Shown one piece after another: positions 26,971 to 36,775 of a DNA stretch of 64,000 nt; within the stretch, counting starts at the first letter, position 1; the number at the start of each line of letters is the position of its first letter. This DNA is from Thermoanaerobaculia bacterium (GTDB lineage: Bacteria > Acidobacteriota > Thermoanaerobaculia > Gp7-AA8). The notes below the pieces were generated by a model that was given only the letters and a program-made list of their open reading frames with translations, searched no databases and was not told where the DNA came from. The stretch is from positions 52,814-116,813 of the forward strand of contig DATAJY010000009.1 in NCBI GenBank assembly GCA_036261885.1, read 5' to 3'. Both the position numbers and the translations under genes were made by a program.

Positions 26971-29343
26971 ATGACCCGCCGACTGCTCTTCGTCCTTCTC
27001 CTGCTCACCGGTTGTGCGAGCTCGACGTTCCTGGAACCGCTGCGCAACGACGATCCGGACGAGGCGGCGGAGTATTTTGCGGCGAAGCGCGCGGGAACCG
27101 CGGATCGTTTTGCGGCCTATGCGAAAGCGCGCGCGGAAATGCACGCATTGCCGCGCGTCGCCTCGAACGCCGAGTCTGCCGAACCGTTCGGCAGGTGGAC
27201 GTTCCTCGGGCCGGGCAACGTCGGCGGCCGCACGCGCGTGCTCGTCATCGACAGCAACAATCCCGAGGTGATGTACTCCGGCGGAGTGTCGGGCGGTCTC
27301 TGGAAGACGAGTGACGCCGGCAAATCGTGGGCCCCGCTCGGCGACGATCTCGCGAACATCGCCATCAACGCGCTGGCGATGCATCCGACCGATCACGCCA
27401 TCCTCTACGCCGGCACCGGCGAAGGCTACTTCCGCGAAGAACAGCGCGGCACCGCGCTGCCTCTGCGCGGCGACGGCATCTTCATCACGCGCGATGCGGG
27501 AACGACGTGGACGCAACTCCCGTCGACCGCCGGCGACGACTTCGATTACGTGAACGACCTCGTGGTCAGCACGCACGACCCGTCGCGCGTCTACGCCGCA
27601 ACGCGCACCGGCGTATGGCGGTCGAATGATGAGGGGACGACGTGGACGCGCATTCTGCCGACCAGCGTCAAAGGCGGTTGTCTCGATCTCGCGTTTCGCG
27701 GCGACACCGGCGGCGACTATCTCTTCGCCTCGTGCGGCACGTTCGAGCGCGCCACGGTCTGGCGCAATACGGACGCGCAGAACGACGGCCAGTGGCAGAG
27801 CGTGTTGTCGGAACAAAACATGGGACGGACCACGCTCGCCATCGCGCCGTCGGATCCCTCCGTCATCTATGCGCTCGCGGCGAGCAATGAACCGGGCAAC
27901 TACAACCAGGCGCTGCTCGGCGTCTATCGCTCCTCGCAGAACGGCGATGCCGGCACGTGGAGCGCGCGCCTCACGAACAACTCATCCGATTACCTGGCCA
28001 CGCTCCTCCTGACCAACGTGTACGGCGCGACGCAGGCGAACTGCCGCAATGCCACGAACGGCTACACGACCATGGGCTGGTACTGCAACGCCATCGCCGT
28101 CGATCCGGTGAACGCCGAGCGTGTGTGGGTGGGCGGCGTCGACGCGTTTCGTTCCGACGACGGCGGCCGCACGTGGGGCATCGCGTCGTACTGGTGGGAG
28201 CGCGAGGATTATCCGACGTACCTGCACGCCGATCAGCACGCGATCGTCTTTCATCCGCGATACGACGGCGTGACCAACAAGCAGCTCTTCTTCGCCAATG
28301 ACGGCGGCCTCGCGCGCACCGATGACGCGCTGGCCACGCCGGCGTACGGATTGAGCTCGGCGTGTCTTCCGACGGCGTCGCAGTTCTCGTTCACGACTCT
28401 CAACAACGGCTACGGCGTGACCCAGTTCTACCATGGCTCCGTTTCGCCGGACGGCCGCACCTACATCGCGGGCGCGCAGGACAACGGCACGCTCATCGGC
28501 ACGTTCGACGCCGGTCCGAACGAATGGCGCCGCGCCCTCGGCGGCGACGGCGCGTACACGGCCATCGATCCCGAGATCCCGACGACGGTCTATGGTTCCT
28601 CGCAATTCGGCAACGTCTATCGCTCCGTGAACGGCGGGGCCGGCTGGCGCAGCGCGCGCGGCGCGATGTCGGATGACTTCCTCTTCATCACGCCGTTCGC
28701 GATCGATACGAACAAAACGACGCGCCTCTGGATCGGCGGACGCCGCATGTGGCGCACGGAAGATCGCGGCGAGCAGTGGTCGGCGGCCAGCACCCCGCTG
28801 CCGGGCAAGGTCTCGGCCATCGCCATCGCGCCCGGCAACTCGGGTCTCGTGATCGCCGGCACGAACAGCGGTCACATCGTGCGCAACGCCGATGCGACGA
28901 ACGCGCATGCGCAGATCGCGTGGAACGTGACGCAGCCGCGCGAAGGATTCGTGTCGTGGATCGCCTTCGATCCGATCGACACGAACACGCTGTACGCGAC
29001 CTATGCCGGTTTCGGCGGCGAGCATCTGTGGCGTTCGCTCGATGCCGGCGTGACGTGGTCGGCGGTCGCGAGCAACCTCCCCGACATTCCGGTGCATTCG
29101 ATCGCCATCGATCCGACGCGTCGCGAACGCCTCTACCTCGGCACCGACCTCGGCGTATTCGTCTCGCTCGACAGCGGCACGACGTGGGCCATCGAGAACA
29201 CCGGCTTCGCCAACGTCGTCACCGAGAGCGTGATCATCGGCCAGGGTCACTACGGCCCCGCCGTTTACGCGTTCACGCACGGACGCGGCGCGTGGCGCGC
29301 GGAGCTCGTGTTTCCGGGGCCGAAACGGCGCAGCGTGCGCTGA
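26971..29343 (+). CDS. BNR/Asp-box repeat beta-propeller lipoprotein (sortilin/VPS10-like, GH74-like glycosidase family)
   Basis: lipobox LLLLTGCASS; many S/TxDxGxTW Asp-box repeats (SDAGKSW, RDAGTTW, NDEGTTW, SDDGGRTW, EDRGEQW, LDAGVTW, LDSGTTW). Confidence 0.75.
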   Translation: MTRRLLFVLLLLTGCASSTFLEPLRNDDPDEAAEYFAAKRAGTADRFAAYAKARAEMHALPRVASNAESAEPFGRWTFLGPGNVGGRTRVLVIDSNNPEVMYSGGVSGGLWKTSDAGKSWAPLGDDLANIAINALAMHPTDHAILYAGTGEGYFREEQRGTALPLRGDGIFITRDAGTTWTQLPSTAGDDFDYVNDLVVSTHDPSRVYAATRTGVWRSNDEGTTWTRILPTSVKGGCLDLAFRGDTGGDYLFASCGTFERATVWRNTDAQNDGQWQSVLSEQNMGRTTLAIAPSDPSVIYALAASNEPGNYNQALLGVYRSSQNGDAGTWSARLTNNSSDYLATLLLTNVYGATQANCRNATNGYTTMGWYCNAIAVDPVNAERVWVGGVDAFRSDDGGRTWGIASYWWEREDYPTYLHADQHAIVFHPRYDGVTNKQLFFANDGGLARTDDALATPAYGLSSACLPTASQFSFTTLNNGYGVTQFYHGSVSPDGRTYIAGAQDNGTLIGTFDAGPNEWRRALGGDGAYTAIDPEIPTTVYGSSQFGNVYRSVNGGAGWRSARGAMSDDFLFITPFAIDTNKTTRLWIGGRRMWRTEDRGEQWSAASTPLPGKVSAIAIAPGNSGLVIAGTNSGHIVRNADATNAHAQIAWNVTQPREGFVSWIAFDPIDTNTLYATYAGFGGEHLWRSLDAGVTWSAVASNLPDIPVHSIAIDPTRRERLYLGTDLGVFVSLDSGTTWAIENTGFANVVTESVIIGQGHYGPAVYAFTHGRGAWRAELVFPGPKRRSVR

Positions 29344-29355
29344 CCGACGAGGATG

Positions 29356-29461
29356 GCGGCGGGACGCCGCGTGCTCAGCCGCCGGGACGGCGGCGTTCCG
29401 CTTGATGCGAGCGAAGCGGAGCGCCGGCGTCCTCGCCGGCTGAGCACGCGGCGTCCCGCCG
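29356..29461. repeat. long nested imperfect palindrome (~105 bp) between convergent genes
   Basis: outer arms ggcgggacgccgcgtgctcagccg / cggctgagcacgcggcgtcccgcc flanking an inner palindrome ggacggcggcgttccgcttg... Confidence 0.6.
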
Positions 29462-29468
29462 CCCCGCC

Positions 29469-30320
29469 TCACCACCTCGTCGGATACGAACCCAGCACCC
29501 GCACCTCCTGCGCCATGTCCCGCAGATTCGCGAGCGCGCGGGAAAGCACATGCTCGTTTTCGCGGCCGATCACGTCGAGATAGAACGCGTACTCCCACGG
29601 CCGTCCTTCGATCGGCCGCGATTCGATTTTCGAGAGATCGATTTCGAGCAATGCGAATGCGCCGAGGGCGCGGAACAGCGCGCCCGGTTTGTTGTCGATG
29701 CGGAAAACGAGCGACGTCTTCCAGCGGCGCGGTGCTTCCTGCGTCGGGATCTCGCGTCCGCGCGGCGTGAGGAGAAAGAAGCGCGTGAAATTCTGCGGGT
29801 TGTCTTCGATGCCGCGGGCGAGGATCTGTCCGTCGTAAATCGAGGCCGCGCTCTCGGAGGCGATGCCTGCTTCGTCTTCGCGCCCGCGTTCGAGCACGAG
29901 GCGCACGCCGCCGGCGGTGTCGTGCACCGGGATCGGCTCGATGTGCGGATGGGCGGCGAAGAACTTCGTGCATTGTGCGAGCGCGACCGGATGGGAGAGC
30001 ACGCGGCGGATCGAATCGAGACTCGTGTCGCGCGGAGCGATGAGGTTGTGCACGACGCGCAGGTGCGTTTCGGCGGCGATGTTCAGCTCGTGCTGCACGA
30101 GGAGGTCGTAGTTGCGGTGAATCGAGCCGGCCAGTGAATTCTCGATCGGCGCGATGCAGCAGTCGGCGTCGTCATTCGCGATCGAGGCGAACATCTTGTC
30201 GAAGGAGTCGAACGGGATGGCCGCGATGCCGTGTCCGAGGAGTCGTTGTGCTGCCGTTTCACTGAATGCGCCGCGCTCGCCCTGATATGCCACTCGAAGC
30301 TGTTCCATCATTTCCTCCAA
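29469..30320 (-). CDS. pheA: prephenate dehydratase
   Basis: PDT domain (LRVAYQGERGAFSE, ESRP motif IESRPIEG) plus C-terminal ACT domain. Confidence 0.85.
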   Translation of the reverse strand: MEEMMEQLRVAYQGERGAFSETAAQRLLGHGIAAIPFDSFDKMFASIANDDADCCIAPIENSLAGSIHRNYDLLVQHELNIAAETHLRVVHNLIAPRDTSLDSIRRVLSHPVALAQCTKFFAAHPHIEPIPVHDTAGGVRLVLERGREDEAGIASESAASIYDGQILARGIEDNPQNFTRFFLLTPRGREIPTQEAPRRWKTSLVFRIDNKPGALFRALGAFALLEIDLSKIESRPIEGRPWEYAFYLDVIGRENEHVLSRALANLRDMAQEVRVLGSYPTRW

Positions 30321-30471
30321 ACGCGAAAAGGCCCGCTCCCCTGTTGAGGAGCGGGCCTTTGAAATTGCGCTGATGTTCGTCTACACGATGCGCGGCTCCG
30401 CTCCGATGGCGCCGAAGCTAAAAAATCGCGCGAAGGAAGCGAAGCGGTTCATGTGCCCGGAGAAGGTACGC

Positions 30472-31266
30472 TCAACGCGGCAACAAAGCAACCGCACGCA
30501 GCGGTCCGCCCGAGCCCTTGCCGATTTTCATCGGCAGCGCCACCACCCACGCGCCGCGCGGCGGCACGCGCTCGAGATTGGCGATGTTCTCCAGCCCCGG
30601 TACGTTCGCGCCGTTCGCGACCTGATGGACGATGAAATCCTTCGACTGCCCGTAGTCGATGCTGGCCGTATCGACGCCGATGGCGCCGACGCGCCGCTCG
30701 CTCACCAGCAGACGCGCCGCATCTTCGCCGTACGACGGGAAATGCAGCTTGTCGGTAGCGCCCGGCGTGTCGTCCCCGAAGTAGAGCTTGCGATCGCCGT
30801 AGCGGCTCCCCCAGCCCGTGTGCAGCAGGACGATCGTGCCCGGCGCGATCGTGCCGTGCTGCGCTTCCCACGCGCGGACGTCCTCGGCCGTGAGCCGGTA
30901 GTCGGCATTCGCTGCCGCCTTCGTGCTCACGTCGATCACCGCGGCCGGCGCGATGAGCTGCCGCACCGGAATCTCATCGGCCGTACGTCCCTGCTGCGAG
31001 AAATGGATCGGCGCATCGAGATGCGTGCCGCCGTGCTCCGGCGCCGAGTAAGCGAACGACGAATAGAAATAGCCGCCCGGCGTCGGTCCGTACGAGAGCT
31101 GCTTCAACTCGAATGCGCTCGGCGAATTCGGCCAGTAGAGCGTCTTCTCGTCGAACGTGTAGGTGAGATCGACCACCTCCGCATTCGCGAGATCGACGGT
31201 CGACTTCGGACCGGTCGTCGCGCAGGCGACGGTGAGCAAGAGGAGCAGCGCAGCGGAGAGTCGCAT
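30472..31266 (-). CDS. cyclase family protein (kynurenine formamidase-like), lipoprotein
   Basis: metal-binding motif HGGTHLDAPIHF; signal MRLSAALLLLLTVACATTG. Confidence 0.75.
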   Translation of the reverse strand: MRLSAALLLLLTVACATTGPKSTVDLANAEVVDLTYTFDEKTLYWPNSPSAFELKQLSYGPTPGGYFYSSFAYSAPEHGGTHLDAPIHFSQQGRTADEIPVRQLIAPAAVIDVSTKAAANADYRLTAEDVRAWEAQHGTIAPGTIVLLHTGWGSRYGDRKLYFGDDTPGATDKLHFPSYGEDAARLLVSERRVGAIGVDTASIDYGQSKDFIVHQVANGANVPGLENIANLERVPPRGAWVVALPMKIGKGSGGPLRAVALLPR

Positions 31267-31273
31267 GCGCGCA

Positions 31274-32040
31274 TTAAAGACTGTCCGCGATTCTCCTTGC
31301 AATCAAACCGTACCCCTCGCCGCCGGGATGAAAACGATCGACGGCCAGCCGGTCGCGATGCGAGAAGAGGTCACTGGTCGGCACGACCGTGAAATTCTGA
31401 TCCGCGCCGAACTCCTCGAGCAGTCGCGCGTTCCACTGGTTCACGAGCGGCGTCAGCCGCGGTCCCATCGGCGTGGTGATGAACGGGTTGTACAGACCGA
31501 TGAAGAAGATGCGCGCTTTCGGATTCGCGGCTCGGATCTTCGCGATCGCCTCTTTCACGCGGCCCAGGACGTCGTTCATCACCGCGCTCGGATCGTCCGG
31601 CGCGGCGTTGCGCCAGTCGTTGCCGCCCCAGAGATCGTTGCCGCCGATCGAGACGATGATCACGTTCGACTCGCGCAGCAGCTGCTGCACGTTCGGACGA
31701 TCGAGCACCTGCAGCAGATCGCGCGTGCGCGCGCCGCTGACGGCGACGTTGTAGGTGCGACGCGCGCGGATGCGGCGCTGCTGCAGTTCCTGATCGAAAC
31801 GGCCGGCGATTCCGAGGCCGCGTTCATCGCCGGCGCCGCGCGCCAGCGAATCGCCGAGGATGATCGGCGCGAGGTCGCCGCGCGGTGCGGCGGCGGCGTT
31901 TTGCGTCGGCAGAAAATCGACCGGAGTACCGGTATCACCGCGCAGGTAGGAAACGAATCCGTACGCGAACACCGACGCCGCGAGCAGCGAGACCGCGATC
32001 GGCAGCGTCCAGTAGACGAAGCGGCGCATGGCGCGTGAAG
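31274..32040 (-). CDS. SGNH/GDSL hydrolase family protein with N-terminal membrane anchor
   Basis: block I GDSLARG, block III GGNDL, block V DRFHP; only the C-terminal ~255 aa of the 555-aa ORF are credible. Confidence 0.7.
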
Positions 32041-32104
32041 GTACCATGACGCGCTTGATCGTCGATGGGCGCCGCTCCGGTGACCATCGAGCCCTGACCA
32101 GACC

Positions 32105-33010
32105 ATGACCGCCGCACTCGAAGCGCACCAGCTCACCAAAGTCATCGGCGACCGTACGATCGTCGACGATGTTTCGTTCGCCTTGAAGCCGGGCGAAGTG
32201 TTCGGCTTCCTCGGCCCGAACGGCGCGGGAAAGACGACCACCATCCGCATGCTGGTCGGGCTCATCCAGCCGACGCACGGCACGGTCACGGTCTGCGGAT
32301 TCGACATCCGCAAGGAGTTCGAGAAGGCGATGCGCTGCATCGGCTGCATCGTCGAGAACCCCGATCTCTATCGCTTCATGACCGGCCGCGAGAATCTCGA
32401 GCACTTCGCGCGGATGCTGCAGGTGCCGGCGCAGGAGATCGAGCGCGTCGCCGCGCTGGTCAATCTCGATCATCGGCTCGATCAACGCGTCGGCACGTAT
32501 TCGCTGGGCATGCGCCAGCGCCTCGGCATCGCCCAGGCGATGCTCGGCAATCCGCGCGTGCTGATCCTCGACGAGCCGGCCAACGGACTCGATCCCGCCG
32601 GCATTCGCGAGATCCGTCAGCTGCTGCGCACGCTCGCCGCGGAGCGCGGCCTCGCCGTCTTCGTCTCCAGCCATCTGCTCGCGGAGATCGAGCTGACCGC
32701 CGATCGCGTGGCCATCATTCACAAAGGGCGCATTCTCAGAAGCGGCAGCGTGCAGGAGCTGATCGCCAGCCAGCGGGCGATGGAGTTTCGCGTCGACGAC
32801 GCCGAACGCACCGCCGCGATTTTTCGCGAGCATGGGATCGAGGCCACGGCGCAGGACGACACCGTGCTCGCGCCGATCGAGGAAGCGGACGCGCCGCCGC
32901 TCATCGCCGCGCTCGCACGCAACGACATCGCGATTTTTCACGCACGCCAGCGCGTGCAGACGCTCGAGGAGATGTTCCTCGAGGCAACCGGCGGAGAGAC
33001 GGTGGACTGA
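32105..33010 (+). CDS. ABC transporter ATP-binding protein (ABC-2 type)
   Basis: Walker A GPNGAGKTT, signature YSLGMRQRLGIA, Walker B VLILDEP. Confidence 0.9.
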   Translation: MTAALEAHQLTKVIGDRTIVDDVSFALKPGEVFGFLGPNGAGKTTTIRMLVGLIQPTHGTVTVCGFDIRKEFEKAMRCIGCIVENPDLYRFMTGRENLEHFARMLQVPAQEIERVAALVNLDHRLDQRVGTYSLGMRQRLGIAQAMLGNPRVLILDEPANGLDPAGIREIRQLLRTLAAERGLAVFVSSHLLAEIELTADRVAIIHKGRILRSGSVQELIASQRAMEFRVDDAERTAAIFREHGIEATAQDDTVLAPIEEADAPPLIAALARNDIAIFHARQRVQTLEEMFLEATGGETVD

Positions 33011-33981
33011 TGGTTTCGCTCGTACGCAACGAAGTGCTGAAGATCCTCCGCCGCCGCCGCTTCATGATCGTGATGGGCATCCTGCTCGCGATCCTGACGA
33101 TCATCTCGTACGCCGAATACCGGCAGTTGCGCCAGCTGAAGAATCAGAACTGGCGCGCGGAGATGCAGGAGCGCATCGCGCGCTACGAGAATCGCATTCG
33201 CCGCGGACGGCCGAACGATCCGTGGATCCGCTCGATGCGCGCCGAGGTGAAACGGCTGCAGTTCTATCTCGACCGCGGCATCAATCCGGAAGAGCCGACC
33301 GCGCCGCTCGTGGTGCGCTCGTTCGCGAACGTCGCGGGCATTCTGCTGCTGCCGCTGCTGATGGCGGTGCTCGGCAGCGACATCGTGTCCGCCGAAAACG
33401 CGGAGGGCACCGACAAGCTCTTGCTCACACGGCCGGTGCGACGATGGAAGATCCTCACGTCGAAGCTGATCACGCTCTGGCTCTTCGCCTCGCTGACGAT
33501 GTTCTGCGGCGCCCTGCTCGCGTACGTCGTGACGGCTCCGGTGCTGCCGGCCATCGGCTGGGATGCCCCTTCGTTCAACGGGTTTCAGATGACCGGCGAG
33601 AGCGTCTCGCTCGAAGGCGTCCGGCAGCTGCCGCTGTGGAAAGACACGCTCATCGCCTACGGCCTCGGGTGGTACGCGCTGCTCACCGTCGCCTCGATCT
33701 CGTTGATGCTGTCGGTGATCTTCAAATCGTCCGCGGCCTCGATCGGAACGATGCTCGCCTCGCTGATCGGCGGCACGATCCTCACGCGTCTCAGCCCCGA
33801 CTGGACCGCGGGGAAGTATCTGTTCGTGAGCGCGCTCCCGCTGGCCGATTACTACACCGGCCAGGTGCCGCCGTACGACGGGATGTCGATGACGTTCTGC
33901 ATTCTGCTGCTCGGCGCCTGGGCACTCGGTGCGCTGACCATCGCCTACGGCCTCTTCACGAAACGCGACGTCTTCGGCTAA
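33010..33981 (+). CDS. ABC-2 family transporter permease
   Basis: 6-TM hydrophobic protein; translationally coupled (tgATGg) to the ATPase gene. Confidence 0.75.
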   Translation: MVSLVRNEVLKILRRRRFMIVMGILLAILTIISYAEYRQLRQLKNQNWRAEMQERIARYENRIRRGRPNDPWIRSMRAEVKRLQFYLDRGINPEEPTAPLVVRSFANVAGILLLPLLMAVLGSDIVSAENAEGTDKLLLTRPVRRWKILTSKLITLWLFASLTMFCGALLAYVVTAPVLPAIGWDAPSFNGFQMTGESVSLEGVRQLPLWKDTLIAYGLGWYALLTVASISLMLSVIFKSSAASIGTMLASLIGGTILTRLSPDWTAGKYLFVSALPLADYYTGQVPPYDGMSMTFCILLLGAWALGALTIAYGLFTKRDVFG

Positions 33982-34082
33982 TCCGCCGACGCCTCGCGTG
34001 CAAACGCGGAGAGAGAAACGTCGCTGCATTTCGGACAAGTCAGATTCATAATCTCGATCAGCACTCAATCAGGAGGTTACGC

Positions 34083-34151
34083 AATGGCCAAGGGGAACAA
34101 CGCTCGCAAAAAAGAAACGAAGAAGCCGAAGAAAGATCCGAAGAAGAAGTA
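34083..34151 (+). CDS. 22-aa highly basic micro-ORF MAKGNNARKKETKKPKKDPKKK with a perfect Shine-Dalgarno sequence
   Basis: aggaggt 7 nt upstream of the ATG; AAG/AAA-rich codons atypical for this genome; followed by a hairpin terminator. Confidence 0.4.
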
Positions 34152-34240
34152 ACGCGAAAACGGCGCCTCACGACCGGATGCGCCTGGGTCGCACAGCCTG
34201 AAAAAGGTTCGTGCCGGCCGGCGCCGGCGGCCGTGCCGCC

Positions 34241-34270
34241 AGAAACGGCGGGCTTTCTGCCCGCCGTTCT
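34241..34270. terminator. bidirectional hairpin terminator
   Basis: agaaacggcgggc-tttctg-cccgccgttct. Confidence 0.5.
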
Positions 34271-34782
34271 CATTTCTGCTGTTGCGTCATGGCCTGGATG
34301 CGCTGCGTCATGGCCGGCACGACGCCGATGCTGCGCGCGTACGTCGTGAGCTGGCCGCGGTGATACATCTCGTGCGAGGCCGCGAACCAGATGCCGGAGA
34401 CGCGGGACTGCTCGCCGTTCATCATCGGCATCGTCCCCGCCTCGATCGTCGCGGCGTGATCGCGCAGCCGCTGCGCGTTGCTCGCGCCCGTGTTTTTCGC
34501 CAGCTCGACGAGCTGCGCTTTCGTGGTGACGTCGCCGAATTGCGCCATCAGCTCCGCCTGCACCTTCGGATCGCGCAGACGCAGGAACTGCGGCGCGCCG
34601 GACGTGAGCTCGTTCACGAAGCCGAGCGATGAGCCGAGGATGTGCAGCGCGAGCTCGCGCACCGAGCGCGCTCCTTCGCCGATGCGGTATTCGAATTGTT
34701 CGTCCGGAATGTTCTCGAGCTCACTGACCGTGCCGGCGCGAAACATCTCCCACGTACGCACTGCCTCTTCGACGTTGTTCAT
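34270..34782 (-). CDS. DinB/YfiT-like (DinB_2) metal-dependent hydrolase family protein
   Basis: 170 aa; His-containing helical bundle (ALHILG...HEMYHRGQL); the real start is MNNVEE, the upstream part of the ORF-track call is spurious. Confidence 0.65.
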   Translation of the reverse strand: MNNVEEAVRTWEMFRAGTVSELENIPDEQFEYRIGEGARSVRELALHILGSSLGFVNELTSGAPQFLRLRDPKVQAELMAQFGDVTTKAQLVELAKNTGASNAQRLRDHAATIEAGTMPMMNGEQSRVSGIWFAASHEMYHRGQLTTYARSIGVVPAMTQRIQAMTQQQK

Positions 34783-34838
34783 GGGGCGAACGTTAGCATT
34801 GCGCGCGGGCCGGGAGCACGCCGAATTATGATGCGCGC

Positions 34839-35387
34839 ATGAGACGAATCGCCGCCGCGCTGCTCCTCCTGGCTGCCTGTGCGAAGGAAACTCCGGTGAC
34901 CACCGGAACGGTCGACACGCGTACACCGATCGCCGTTCGCTACGTCGGCACGCCCGAGCTGATCGTGCGCGAACAGGCGAACGACACCGCACCCGTCCTG
35001 GCGACCTATCAGAACGGCGAGGCGCTCTCGGTTCTCGCGGAGAAAGGCGAATGGGTCGAAGTGCGCAGCGGTGACGGCTCCGGCTGGGCGAAGGCCGCCG
35101 ACCTGACCACCGCCGAAGGAAAGACCGCACAGGACGAGAATCCGTCGCCGCGATTCAAGGTGATGCCGATGCCGGTGTCGGCCCCGAGCGCGCGCGGCGA
35201 GATCTATCTCGAGGCGGATGTGAATTCCGACGGCGAGGTGATCACCGTGCGCACCATCACGAACACCACCGGTTCCGACGCGCTCGCCTCGCAGAATTCC
35301 GCGGCGCTCCGTTCAGCGCGGTTCTACCCGATCGTTCAAAAAGGCGAGCGGAAGCCGTTCAAGTACTACCACAAGGTCACGTACTGA
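34839..35387 (+). CDS. lipoprotein with SH3b-like and TonB-C-terminal-like domains
   Basis: lipobox LLLLAACAK; SH3-like segment (YQNGEALSVLAEKGEWVEVRSGDGSGWAKAADL); C-terminus GEIYLEADVNSDGEVITVRTITNTTGSDALASQNSAALRSARFYP resembles TonB_C. Confidence 0.5.
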   Translation: MRRIAAALLLLAACAKETPVTTGTVDTRTPIAVRYVGTPELIVREQANDTAPVLATYQNGEALSVLAEKGEWVEVRSGDGSGWAKAADLTTAEGKTAQDENPSPRFKVMPMPVSAPSARGEIYLEADVNSDGEVITVRTITNTTGSDALASQNSAALRSARFYPIVQKGERKPFKYYHKVTY

Positions 35388-35971
35388 TGATTCATCGGAT
35401 CTGCGTCTTCTGCGGATCGAATACCGGTTCCGATCCCGCATACGCCGACGCCGCCCGCAACCTCGGCACTCTCTTCGCCCGCGAAGGCATCGCCCTCGTG
35501 TACGGCGGCGGCAGCGTCGGCCTCATGGGACAGCTCGCCGATGCCGTGCTGCGCGCCGGCGGCGAAGTGATCGGCGTGATCCCGCATGCGCTGTGGGCAC
35601 GCGAGGTCGGACATCGCGGCCTCACCGACCTCCGCATCGTCGAGACCATGCACGAGCGCAAGGCGATGATGGCCGATCTCGCCGATGCATTCATCGCGCT
35701 TCCCGGCGGTCTCGGCACGTTCGAGGAGATTTTCGAGATCTGGACGTGGGCGCAGCTCGGCCTGCACACGAAGCCCCTCGGCTTTCTCGACACCAACGGC
35801 TACTACAAGCCGCTGATGCAGTTTCTCGATCGCGCCACGCGGGACAAATTCGTGCGCGACGAACATCGCTCCATCGCCTGCATCGATGAAGACGCCGAGG
35901 CACTGCTGAAGAAATTCGACTCCTGGCGCCCGCCGCGCGTGCAGAAGTGGATCACGAGAGACGAGACGTAG
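35387..35971 (+). CDS. LOG family protein (cytokinin riboside 5'-monophosphate phosphoribohydrolase / TIGR00730)
   Basis: motifs VYGGGSVGLMG and PGGLGTFEE. Confidence 0.9.
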   Translation: MIHRICVFCGSNTGSDPAYADAARNLGTLFAREGIALVYGGGSVGLMGQLADAVLRAGGEVIGVIPHALWAREVGHRGLTDLRIVETMHERKAMMADLADAFIALPGGLGTFEEIFEIWTWAQLGLHTKPLGFLDTNGYYKPLMQFLDRATRDKFVRDEHRSIACIDEDAEALLKKFDSWRPPRVQKWITRDET

Positions 35972-36078
35972 CATCCTTCCGGAGTCTCAGCGGCTGTGAT
36001 GATCGCCACATCGTGACGGCATCGCTCGTCACCGATGCCTGTCGCGCAACGCTCCATCGTGTCCGTGGAGGAACATCC

Positions 36079-36645
36079 ATGAGGCACATCGCTGTCATCG
36101 CTCTTCTTCTCATCAGCGTGTTGGGCTGCGTGCAGAAACCGGCGCCGGTCGCGAACGAGAACACGGTCATGGCGCCCGACGAACAGCCGGCCATCGCCGT
36201 CGAGTACGTGGCCGTGCCCTCGATGAACGTCTATGCGAAGCCTTCCCTCGATGCTCAGATCACCGGCACGTACGGACTGACCGAGGCGATCTCGGTGCTC
36301 GATCGCAAGAACGGCTGGTGCAGGATCCGGACGTTCGACGGCATCGGCTGGGTGCAGCAGAAAGACCTCATGAACGCGCAGACCGCCGATTCGCTCGACA
36401 CGGCCACGCCGCGTTTCTACGTCGCACCGGCAGCGATCGCGTTCCGCGGGCGCGGCGAGATCGTCTTTCAGGCGAAGGTGAATACCGATGGCGCGGTCGT
36501 CGAAGTGAAAACGATGAAGAACACCACCGGCTCGGCCGACGTCGCGCAGAAAAACGCCGACGCGCTCTCCGCCGCGAAGTTCTATCCGATGATCGACAAG
36601 GGAGCCCGCAAGACCTTCATCTACGAACACGCGGTGTATTACTGA
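36079..36645 (+). CDS. paralogous lipoprotein with SH3b-like and TonB-C-like domains
   Basis: lipobox LISVLGCVQ; same architecture and C-terminal motif as 34839..35387 (GEIVFQAKVNTDGAVVEVKTMKNTTGSADVAQKNADALSAAKFYP). Confidence 0.5.
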   Translation: MRHIAVIALLLISVLGCVQKPAPVANENTVMAPDEQPAIAVEYVAVPSMNVYAKPSLDAQITGTYGLTEAISVLDRKNGWCRIRTFDGIGWVQQKDLMNAQTADSLDTATPRFYVAPAAIAFRGRGEIVFQAKVNTDGAVVEVKTMKNTTGSADVAQKNADALSAAKFYPMIDKGARKTFIYEHAVYY

Positions 36646-36775
36646 GCGGGTCGTTGTCGGTTGTCGGGAGTCGGTTGTCGGGAGGCCACCGCCACCACCA
36701 CGTTTCCAGCGGAGCGGTTCTCCCGACTCCCGACTACTGACTACCGACTACCGACTTCCCGACTACACGCCCGCT
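36646..36775. repeat. GTCGG-type palindromic repeat (family 2), copy B
   Basis: gtcgttgtcggttgtcgggagtcggttgtcgggag ... ctcccgactcccgactactgactaccgactaccga. Confidence 0.8.

Noticed and set aside
30373-31392. 339-aa plus-strand ORF overlapping the cyclase gene
   Set aside because: Antisense to a cyclase gene with clear HGGTHLDAPIHF motif and lipoprotein signal. Product is Arg-rich low complexity.
31274-32941. 555-aa minus-strand ORF extending the SGNH hydrolase far upstream
   Set aside because: Only the C-terminal ~255 aa (from MRRFVYW...) are hydrolase-like. The upstream 300 aa are the antisense of the ABC ATPase gene at 32105..33010.
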